Of a stretch of DNA of 64,000 nt, positions 56,612 to 64,000 are shown piece after piece. This DNA is from Rickettsiales bacterium. GTDB taxonomy: Bacteria; Pseudomonadota; Alphaproteobacteria; Rickettsiales; UBA6187. Every line of letters starts with the position of its first letter. The first letter of the stretch is position 1. The position numbers were made by a program, and so were the translations under genes. Where the stretch lies: contig JBEVNR010000002.1 in assembly GCA_040507985.1 (NCBI GenBank), forward strand, positions 71,538 through 135,537, written 5' to 3'. The notes under the pieces were generated by a model. It saw only the letters and a program-made list of their open reading frames with translations, was not told the DNA's origin and made no database searches.

Positions 56612-57412
56612 TTATCCCCGCCTCTCCGCCGCCATTTGCTTAACTTCGCCGATGGCTTTAGCAGGATTGAGGTGTTTCGGGCAGGTTTTCGCGCAATTCA
56701 TAATCGTATGGCAACGATACAGCTTAAACGGATCCTCCAACGCGTCCAGCCGGTCGTCGGCGGCGTCGTCGCGGCTGTCGACGATCCAGCGATAGGCGTG
56801 GAGCAATGCCGCCGGGCCTAAAAACTTGTCGCCGTTCCACCAATAGCTGGGGCAAGCGGTCGAACAACAGGCGCATAAAATACATTCGTACAGCCCGTCA
56901 AGTTTTTGGCGGTCTTCGGGAGACTGCAAACGCTCCTCCAAGTCGCCGACCTTGTCTTTCGCCTGTAGCCACGGCTGCACCGATTCGTATTGCTTATAGA
57001 AGTTGGTGAGGTCCGGCACCAGATCTTTTATCACCGGCATATGCGGCAAGGGATAAATATTGATGTCGCCGCTAATCTCGTCGCACCCCTTAATGCAGGC
57101 GAGCGTGTTCGTGCCGTCGATGTTCATGGCGCAGGAACCGCAAATGCCTTCGCGGCACGAGCGGCGAAAGGTCAGCCCGCCGTCGGTTTCGGATTTAATT
57201 TTAATGAGCGCGTCCAGCACCATCGGGCCGCAAGAGTCCATGTCTATTTCAAACGTGTCCACGCGCGGATTCTTCGGCTCGCCGTCGTCGCCCACATCTT
57301 CGGGATTCCACCGATAGACGTTCAGGCGGCGAATGTTTTTCGCGTCGATGGGCGCGCGGTGATACACGCCTTGCCGGACTTTGGAGCGGCGTGGTAAGGT
57401 GAATTCGGCCAT
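56612..57412 (-). CDS. sdhB: Succinate dehydrogenase iron-sulfur subunit
   Basis: The 266-aa product has three Cys clusters: [32 protein letters not shown] and [13 protein letters not shown]. Confidence 0.95.
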   Translation of the reverse strand: MAEFTLPRRSKVRQGVYHRAPIDAKNIRRLNVYRWNPEDVGDDGEPKNPRVDTFEIDMDSCGPMVLDALIKIKSETDGGLTFRRSCREGICGSCAMNIDGTNTLACIKGCDEISGDINIYPLPHMPVIKDLVPDLTNFYKQYESVQPWLQAKDKVGDLEERLQSPEDRQKLDGLYECILCACCSTACPSYWWNGDKFLGPAALLHAYRWIVDSRDDAADDRLDALEDPFKLYRCHTIMNCAKTCPKHLNPAKAIGEVKQMAAERRG

Positions 57413-57636
57413 GGTTCATTTCTCTTTGTATATGCGCATATAAACGGCTTTCCACACTATCCGTTTTCGGAAAACGTAACGCTACGCGAACAAATATATC
57501 CAAATAGATTTTTTTTTCAATTTTAAACCGCCCGGCTTTTTTTTGACATGAAGGGAATACGTTTCATTCTAAAACTAAAAAAGCTTTATCAAGCGGCGCC
57601 GGTTATTAGATTTTAAAAAGTCGACACAGCCTGGCT

Positions 57637-58245
57637 TTAATCGAAATTTTTATCGTATAGATGCATTGAGGCAACGACTTCGCCGATAATTTCAAAATCG
57701 TCGCCGGCGCGGACGGGAATGGAGGAGTAATCGATGTCGTTACTTTCAGGAGCAAGAAGGGTCGGAAACGTGAAGAATCGTTGAAAGGTGTATCGATTTC
57801 TAAGCCTAGCTATGACCAGTTTTCCATTTAATTTCGAAGGGTCGTTATTTTCGCAATCTATGATGAGAATGCTTCCGTTATGGGCTATTTTATTCATCGA
57901 TTCTCCCTTCAGGCGAACGGCGAGTAAATTGACGCGCTTGGAGTCGACGAAGATGCGGTCGCATCCGTCCGGCTCTCCTTGCAGCGCCAACGTATGCCCC
58001 GGCACGTCTCCGACGATCGGAACGCAAGCGGCGGAAGAGGGCTTTTTCTCTTCTTTCTCGCCTAGGAGAACGCCTGCCGGGCAATCAAGCAACTTCGCAA
58101 TTTTTACCACTTCTTCTGAGGTGACTTTTCTGCTGCCGTTAAGTATGCTGGTGCCTATGGCCTTGGTTTTTCCGAGAGCCAAGGCTATTTCTCCCGATCC
58201 GACCCGCCGCTCTTTCATTAGCTGCGATAATCTAAACAAATCCAC
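57637..58245 (-). CDS. Phage CI/LexA-like repressor (HTH plus an S24 peptidase-like domain)
   Basis: The 202-aa product has an N-terminal HTH (SGEIALALGKTKAIGTSILNGSRKVTSEEVVKIAKLL). Its C-terminal S24 fold reads LKGESMNKIAHNGSILII...GKLVIARL..RYTFQRF. It lies in a lower-GC region. Confidence 0.75.
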   Translation of the reverse strand: MDLFRLSQLMKERRVGSGEIALALGKTKAIGTSILNGSRKVTSEEVVKIAKLLDCPAGVLLGEKEEKKPSSAACVPIVGDVPGHTLALQGEPDGCDRIFVDSKRVNLLAVRLKGESMNKIAHNGSILIIDCENNDPSKLNGKLVIARLRNRYTFQRFFTFPTLLAPESNDIDYSSIPVRAGDDFEIIGEVVASMHLYDKNFD

Positions 58246-58276
58246 AATAATGCCTCAAAAAATTAAAAATTTCTGC

Positions 58277-58306
58277 TTGACATAAGTTTAGATTTTGTGC
58301 ATACAT
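58277..58306 (+). promoter_or_regulatory. Candidate rightward promoter divergent from the repressor gene (relic of an immunity switch)
   Basis: TTGACA (58277-82), 15 nt, then TGC ATACAT (an extended -10-like motif). No intact ORF follows on the + strand. Confidence 0.3.
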
Positions 58307-58682
58307 ATAATGTATCGTTTAGAGAACAAAAACTTATGCCTTGGTAAAATTAATTATGTTCCATTAGCTATTTTTTACGAGACGAACTTGCTCTTTTGGT
58401 TATCGTTTTTAGGTTGTTATATACGATATCATTATTCAATCAAAAATTTCGTCTAATAAATACGTATAAAAGCGTATAACAATCACACATTTTGCTATGC
58501 GTCTTTAACGCTGACCACGCTCTGTTGTTATGCGAATACAATGCTTAACTACCCGCATGCAAGTAAGGGTATTTTTTACATAATACTACATATCAAAGTC
58601 TCCTTGAGACTTACCCCATTATCGTATTTTTGTGCCTTTATTTTAAATGAAAGCGAAAATACCGTGTATTCATATTCGGAAT

Positions 58683-59413
58683 TTACGTAAATTGCCAATA
58701 TTTTTTTATTGAAATTATCATGGATAGGATAATTTTTCTATAACCTGAAAAGGTAAAAATACATGGGGAGACGGAAGGCTCTAATGCCATTTTTCCCTCT
58801 ATCGTCGCCAGATCGGGAATGCCGCTTTCAAACATATCGGCCGCCAGCAAACGGAAGCTGTCTTTAAGCGGGGCGTTCACGCCAAAACCCTTGCTAAGCC
58901 CGCGCAAACGTTGCCGGATGGTATCCAGAGGCATTTCTCCGTCGATATACAGGATTTCGATTGCCCCGCCGCCTTCCATTTGCCGCCGAACATATCGCCG
59001 CCCGTCGCTATGCAAAGCGCGGCGGAAAGGGCGACGTAGGTCTTGCCAAGCCCCTTATCGGCATACAACATCGCCAGCCCTTTTTCGGGCAGGAAAGGCG
59101 ACAGCAGAGTTTTTCGTGCGGGGAATTTTTTCGCCATAAAGTCGTCGTAACTCACGGCGCGCAACCCTTTGGCAGGAAAGGCCCAGAGTTGCCGCCTCGC
59201 TTCTTCCTCGCCTTCGACTAACATCAAATCGTTAAAATCGCTGTGCTTTTCGTCAGGGCTTGTGAATTGCGGCAATATCATGCGGCAACCGAAACGCGCG
59301 GCGGCTTCGTCGGCTTTTTGTTTGCCCGTGTTGACGGGCTTGGCGTAGTCGTCGGCGGCGGCGATAACGAAACGCTTCGTGTTTGTTCCTCCGGCGGCGA
59401 ATGCCTCTAACAC
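58683..59413 (-). pseudogene. Truncated and frameshifted Toprim / AAA_25 (RepA-like) primase-helicase gene of phage or plasmid origin
   Basis: The ORF at 58877..59413 has a Toprim-like part (FVIAAADDYAKPVNTGKQKADEAAARFG...HSDFNDL) and a P-loop (LYADKGLGKTYVALSAALCIATG). The continuation (AIEILYIDGEMPLDTIRQRLRGL) is in another frame, in the ORF at 58683..59015. The N-terminal primase region and the C-terminal part are both missing. Confidence 0.6.
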
Positions 59414-59546
59414 GGCGGATATGTCGAGGTTTTTACGTGGATTTCGCGCGCCGAAATGACGCGGAGGCGTAACATAAATTCTTGCCTGCGCGCGCGTTTT
59501 TTACTATAAGATAGCTTCTATCTTGAGTTATTTAGGGTGAAAGTCC

Positions 59547-60950
59547 ATGGCAGAGAAGTACGACGTTGCCGTCATCGGCGGCGGACCGGGCGGATACGTG
59601 GCCGCGATACGCGCCGCGCAGCTCGGCCTAAAAACCGCGCTGGTCGAAGCGAATCATTTGGGCGGCGTATGCTTGAACTGGGGATGCATTCCCACCAAGG
59701 CGCTGCTTCGCGTGTCGGACCTGTACCATAGCATTCGCGAAGCGGAGCGTTACGGCATTTCGGTGCAAGGCGCGTCTTTCGACATCAAAAAAATCGTCGC
59801 GCGCTCGCGCGAGGTGGCGACAAAGCTCTCGGGCGGCATCTCGCATTTAATGAAAAAAAACGGAATTACCGTCTATGACGGTTTTGGTTCGCTTAACGGC
59901 AAAGGCAAAATAAAGGTGGAGAAAGGCGGAAAGCGCGTCGCGGACATAGAAACGAAAAATATCGTCCTCGCCACCGGTGCGCGTGCGCGTCGCTTGCCTT
60001 CCATGGAATGCGACGGCAAAAACGTGCTTACCTATAAAGAGGCGATGGTTCCCGAAACCATGCCGAAAAAATTACTGGTCGTCGGATCGGGCGCCATAGG
60101 GGTCGAATTCGCCAGCTTTTACGCCGATTTGGGCGCGGACGTCACCGTCGTCGAAGCCGCAGCGCGCATATTGCCCGTCGAAGACGCCGAAATTGCCGGC
60201 GTCGCCGAAAAAATCTTTAAGGATCGCGGCATAAAGATATTCTCGGAAGCGAAGGTTCAATCCGTCAAAGCCGAAAAAGACGGCGTCGTGAGCGCCCATA
60301 TCGTTCTAAAAGGTAAGGACAAAGCCGAAAAATTCGTGTTCGACCGGGCGATCATCGCCGTGGGCGTCGTCGCAAACGTCGAAAATCTTGGGCTGGACGG
60401 CACAAGAATATGCGTCGAAAAGGGGCATGTCGTCACCGACGAGTATATGCGAACCGACGAGCCGAATGTGTACGCCATCGGCGACCTCACTTCCGCCCCG
60501 TGGTTGGCCCACAAGGCGAGCCACGAAGGCGTGATCGCCGCCGAACATATCGCCGGAAAGCATCCGCATCCGATGACGCGCGAAAACATTCCCGGCTGCA
60601 CCTATTGCCGCCCGCAAATTGCCTCGGTGGGTCTGACCGAAGAGGCGGCGAAAGCGCAAGGCAAAAAGGTGAAGGTCGGGCGCTTCCCCTATATGGCAAA
60701 CGGCAAGGCCATCGCCATGGGAGAAACGGACGGGTTGGTGAAGACGATTTTCGACGCCGACAGCGGAGAGTTGCTCGGCGCCCATATCGTTGGAGCCGAA
60801 GCCACCGAAATGATCTCGTCCTACCTTGTCGGCAAAACGATGGAAGCCACGGAAGAAGACTTCATCCGCACCGTGTTCCCGCACCCCACGCTCGGCGAAA
60901 TGATGCACGAATCGGTGCTGGCGGCCTACGGCAAGGCGCTGCATACTTAG
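59547..60950 (+). CDS. lpdA: Dihydrolipoyl dehydrogenase
   Basis: The 467-aa product contains VIGGGPGGYVAAIRAAQLG, the redox-active GGVCLNWGCIPTK, and HPTLGE at the C-terminus. Confidence 0.95.
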   Translation: MAEKYDVAVIGGGPGGYVAAIRAAQLGLKTALVEANHLGGVCLNWGCIPTKALLRVSDLYHSIREAERYGISVQGASFDIKKIVARSREVATKLSGGISHLMKKNGITVYDGFGSLNGKGKIKVEKGGKRVADIETKNIVLATGARARRLPSMECDGKNVLTYKEAMVPETMPKKLLVVGSGAIGVEFASFYADLGADVTVVEAAARILPVEDAEIAGVAEKIFKDRGIKIFSEAKVQSVKAEKDGVVSAHIVLKGKDKAEKFVFDRAIIAVGVVANVENLGLDGTRICVEKGHVVTDEYMRTDEPNVYAIGDLTSAPWLAHKASHEGVIAAEHIAGKHPHPMTRENIPGCTYCRPQIASVGLTEEAAKAQGKKVKVGRFPYMANGKAIAMGETDGLVKTIFDADSGELLGAHIVGAEATEMISSYLVGKTMEATEEDFIRTVFPHPTLGEMMHESVLAAYGKALHT

Positions 60951-60979
60951 CTATATAATATAAACTACGGACGTTATTC

Positions 60980-61852
60980 ATGGACGCACCTTTCGACGAT
61001 CGCGACGGCTTTATATGGGTGAACGGCGCTATGCAGCCTTGGCGCGAGGCGAAAATTCACGTACTTACCCACGGATTGCACTACGGCAGCGCCGTGTTCG
61101 AGGGGTTGCGGGTATATGACGGAAAAATATTTAAGGCGACGGAACATAGCGAGCGCCTGAAAAAATCCGCCGAACTGATCGGCTTTACTCTCGATTATTC
61201 CGTCGACGCCATCAACGGCGCGATGGACGACGTGGTGAAGGCCCAAGGCATAACGAACGGTTACGTCCGCCCGGTGTCGTGGCTGGGAAGCGAGCGCATG
61301 AAAATTCACGCGGAGGGATGCAAGCCCAACCTCGCCATTGCGGCGTGGGAATGGCCGGCCTATTTCGATCCGGACAAGGCCGCGAAAGGCTTGCGCTTAT
61401 GCTGGGCCGATTGGAGGCGTCCTTCTCCCGAAACGGCGCCGACCGCCAGCAAAGCGGCCGGGCTGTACATGATTTGCACCATGAGCAAGAAAACCGCCGT
61501 CGATAAAGGCTATGACGACGCGCTGATGAAAGACTATCGCGGTTACGTCGCGGAAGCCACCGGCGCCAACGTTTTTTTCGTCATGCCGGACGGATCGCTC
61601 CACACCCCGATAGCCGATTGCTTCTTAAACGGCATTACCCGCCAAACGGTTATCGTCCTGGCTAAAAATTTAGGAATAAACGTGGTGGAACGGCATATTT
61701 CTCCGGAAGAAATCGGAGGCGCGCGCGAAGCGTTCCTCACCGGAACGGCGGCGGAAATCACTCCCGTCGGCGAAATCGCCGGGCATACCTATGTCCCGGG
61801 CGCGGTGACGGAGACCGTGACCCACGCGTATCGCGCGGAGACGCATAGATAG
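60980..61852 (+). CDS. ilvE: Branched-chain amino acid aminotransferase
   Basis: The 290-aa product contains HGLHYGSAVFEGLRVY, the class IV fold, EATGANVFFV, the motif at GITRQTV and FLTGTAAEITPV. Confidence 0.9.
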   Translation: MDAPFDDRDGFIWVNGAMQPWREAKIHVLTHGLHYGSAVFEGLRVYDGKIFKATEHSERLKKSAELIGFTLDYSVDAINGAMDDVVKAQGITNGYVRPVSWLGSERMKIHAEGCKPNLAIAAWEWPAYFDPDKAAKGLRLCWADWRRPSPETAPTASKAAGLYMICTMSKKTAVDKGYDDALMKDYRGYVAEATGANVFFVMPDGSLHTPIADCFLNGITRQTVIVLAKNLGINVVERHISPEEIGGAREAFLTGTAAEITPVGEIAGHTYVPGAVTETVTHAYRAETHR

Positions 61853-61862
61853 GACGTTCCTG

Positions 61863-62852
61863 ATGGCACGCACTCCCTCATGGTGGCACCGCCCTCCCGG
61901 CCTTATGGCGCAAGCGCTCGCGCCCCTCTCCTGTCTTTATCGGTGCGGAAGATGGGTGAGGCAACGCGTTTGTCGTCCCTATTCCCCTTCCGTTCCCGTG
62001 ATATGCGTAGGAAACGCGACGGCGGGCGGGGGAGGAAAGACGCCGTCCGCCATTTTTGTCGCGCGCCTATTGCAAGAGCAGGGAAAGCGCGTTATCTTCG
62101 CCTCGCGCGGGTATAAGGGGAAAATTCGCCGCGTGACGGCGGTTGACGTCGACGCGCACGACGCCGCCGACGTGGGAGACGAACCGTTGCTGCTCGCCCA
62201 GGCGGCGCCCACTTATGTCGGAGCCAATCGCCTTAAAACGATTAAAGCCGCCGAACGATTGGAACCGGACGCCATTATCATGGACGACGGCATGCAAAAT
62301 CCTTCCGTTCGCAAACATGTGACGATATTGGCGGAAAGCCCCGCCTATGCGCCGAAAAACGATCGGCTTTTCCCCGGAGGTCCGTATAGGGAACGGCGCG
62401 CGGAAGCCGCCGCCTGCGCCGATTGTATTTTTGCAATGCAATATAACGATGCCGCCCTTTCCGTAGCCGAAGAGGAAAAAGAAAAAACCTATGCGTTACG
62501 CGTGGAGGCGTATGCGGACGGACTGGACAAAACCCTTCCCTGCGTCGCGTTCGCCGGGCTTGCTGAGCCGCAAAAATTCTTTGACACGCTTATGCATGCC
62601 GGGTTTAACGTGACGGAAACCTGCGCGTTTCCCGACCACCATCCCTATGAAGAACGCGACGTTGCCGCATTGCTCGAAAAAGCGGCGGCGCACGAGGCCA
62701 TGCTCATCACCACCGAAAAAGACTGGGTGCGGCTTCCCAAAGACAGGCGGCGTTACGTCCGGTTTTTGCCCGTGTCGGCAACCATGACGCATGATAGGCG
62801 CGAGGCGTTTGCGCGTTTCTTGCTTGAGGCGATAAGGAGAAAGGAATCGTGA
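61863..62852 (+). CDS. lpxK: Tetraacyldisaccharide 4'-kinase
   Basis: The 329-aa product contains VICVGNATAGGGGKTP (P-loop), SRGYKG, GDEPLLLA and DDGMQN. Confidence 0.9.
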   Translation: MARTPSWWHRPPGLMAQALAPLSCLYRCGRWVRQRVCRPYSPSVPVICVGNATAGGGGKTPSAIFVARLLQEQGKRVIFASRGYKGKIRRVTAVDVDAHDAADVGDEPLLLAQAAPTYVGANRLKTIKAAERLEPDAIIMDDGMQNPSVRKHVTILAESPAYAPKNDRLFPGGPYRERRAEAAACADCIFAMQYNDAALSVAEEEKEKTYALRVEAYADGLDKTLPCVAFAGLAEPQKFFDTLMHAGFNVTETCAFPDHHPYEERDVAALLEKAAAHEAMLITTEKDWVRLPKDRRRYVRFLPVSATMTHDRREAFARFLLEAIRRKES

Positions 62853-63745
62853 AAAAACTCTCCGCGCCGGCCCGGTGCGTTAAAGAATTGCGCCATATTG
62901 CCGAAGCGGGCGCCGCCTACGGATTTTATTGGCTGTTTCGTCTTTTGCCCCTAGACGCCGCGTCGGCGCTGGGGGGAATGTTCGGACGAAATTTAGGGCC
63001 GCTCACGGCGGCGCACAAGGTGGCGCTCCGCAACATTCGGCGCACCTTCCCGGACATGCCGGCCGAACGCGCGGAAGAAATCGCGCTGGGCATGTGGGAA
63101 AATTTAGGACGCACCGCCGGCGAATTTCCCCACGTTCCCTCTTTCGACCTTGATCGGCGCGTCGCGATGACGGGCGCGGACATTATCGAGAAAGCCGGCA
63201 AAACCGTTCCCGGAACCATATTTTTTACGGCCCATTTGGGAAATTGGGAGCTGTTGCCCACGCTGACGGCGAAACATGGAGCCCCGGTCACGGCGGTATA
63301 TCGCCGCATGAACAACCCGTACGTGGACGCGCTCGTTAAAAAAACGCGCCTGCGCGCCAACGCTGTTGCCTGCGTGCCGAAAGGGCGGGAAGGCGCGCGC
63401 GACTTGCTGACGGCCGTGCGTTCCGGAAAATGTATCTGCATGCTCACCGACCAAAAAATGAACGACGGCATCGCGGCGTCGTTCATGGGACGCGAGGCGA
63501 TGACGGCGCCGGCGATCGCGCATTTCGCTTTAAAATACGGCTGCGCCTTGGCCCCGATGCGCGTATTGCGCGTCAAAGGATGCCGTTTTTCCTGCGACGT
63601 GATGGAGCCGCTTGACATAGGAGCGGACAAATTAGTGCCGCCGGACGAGAAATCCGTCGTCGAGGCCGTCAACCGCGTCTACGAAGAATGGATTCGCTCC
63701 AATCCCGAGCAATGGTTTTGGGTGCATCGCCGCTGGCCGGATTAG
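62849..63745 (+). CDS. Lysophospholipid / lipid A biosynthesis acyltransferase (LpxL/HtrB family)
   Basis: The 298-aa product has the family signature TAHLGNWELL (H-x4-E block), then DQK...G and PEQWFWVHRRW. It has a 4-nt overlap with lpxK. Confidence 0.8.
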   Translation: MKKLSAPARCVKELRHIAEAGAAYGFYWLFRLLPLDAASALGGMFGRNLGPLTAAHKVALRNIRRTFPDMPAERAEEIALGMWENLGRTAGEFPHVPSFDLDRRVAMTGADIIEKAGKTVPGTIFFTAHLGNWELLPTLTAKHGAPVTAVYRRMNNPYVDALVKKTRLRANAVACVPKGREGARDLLTAVRSGKCICMLTDQKMNDGIAASFMGREAMTAPAIAHFALKYGCALAPMRVLRVKGCRFSCDVMEPLDIGADKLVPPDEKSVVEAVNRVYEEWIRSNPEQWFWVHRRWPD

Positions 63746-64000
63746 GCTGCTCGACGTGTATAGGGTTTCATAATTGATGGGCGCTAAGATTTTTAACGTT
63801 CTCCCTATAATAAAACATAGACATATATAAGAATTCCCTTATGATGCATTTAACGTTTTTTCGTTAGCCAATGCTCATTGGTTCGCTTTTAGATTTTACA
63901 ACGCCACGAGTTGTGACCGGAAAAGTAACGGCGAGTTCTTTGCTTTCTGCTTCAGGACGATATGCCTTCCTCATCGCAAAGGCCGCACGCCAATGCATTT

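Noticed and set aside
58306-58311. A perfect TATAAT hexamer downstream of the TTGACA at 58277.
   Set aside because: The spacing to the -35 element is 23 nt, which is too long for a sigma70 promoter. The TGC-ATACAT element at 18-nt spacing is the more plausible -10, and even that promoter drives no intact gene.
63864-64000. An open minus-strand frame running into the window end (...MRKAYRPEAESKELAVTFPVTTRGVVKSKSEPMSIG*) in an AT-rich region after lpxL.
   Set aside because: Only about 45 codons are visible, I recognised no motif, and the start lies outside the window. That is too little evidence to call a gene, although it may be the tail of another islet gene.

Overview
This looks like a chromosomal segment from an alphaproteobacterium. 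Supporting evidence is ffs-dnaX linkage, a candidate 6S RNA after zapA, a DivL-type Tyr pseudo-kinase, lptC-lptA, fliK-flgD and phaR. By eye the core genes are GC-rich, roughly 60% or more. The housekeeping genes are pheT, tlyA, tkt, pncC, folC, plsC, hemB, zapA, obgE, mutL, dnaX, folP, purC, lptCA, rsmI, nadA, phaR, flgD/fliK, gap, pgk, sdhB, lpd, ilvE and lpxK. They are dense and often overlap by 4 nt, but classical operons are broken: pheT lacks pheS, sdhB lacks sdhCDA, lptCA lacks lptB, and dnaX lacks ybaB-recR. At least seven visibly lower-GC islets with AT-rich flanks interrupt this backbone. They carry a hipBA toxin-antitoxin module beside an IS1-type remnant, an HpaII-like type II restriction-modification pair, and a lichenase-type GH16 gene whose nucleophile Glu reads Gln. 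They also carry a decayed prophage or integrative remnant (S24 repressor plus a frameshifted Toprim/AAA_25 gene) and six orphan genes. The orphan products look like membrane-anchored or secreted effectors; one has an NLS-like tail and one has a eukaryote-like type I membrane layout with a juxtamembrane CCC. The most notable items follow. (1) dnaX is split at an A10 tract, and the tau-specific C-terminal domain is readable only after a -1 shift. (2) A four-gene, translationally coupled operon encodes a hybrid kinase, a CheR-type methyltransferase, a REC-kinase and a REC, with no MCP or CheB in the window. (3) The DivL-like protein has Tyr in the H-box and an ATPase domain that looks degenerate. 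(4) A 148-bp imperfect palindrome lies next to mutL. (5) A short REP-like hairpin occurs in two copies with compensatory stem changes. (6) An S8-protease autotransporter has an unusual N-terminal extension. I found no rRNA, tRNA or CRISPR array. All functional calls come from reading the translated ORFs and motifs by eye, because no database search could be run. I cannot single out one system as demonstrably novel. The best candidates are the orphan-gene islets, the CheR-containing phosphorelay operon and the dnaX recoding site.
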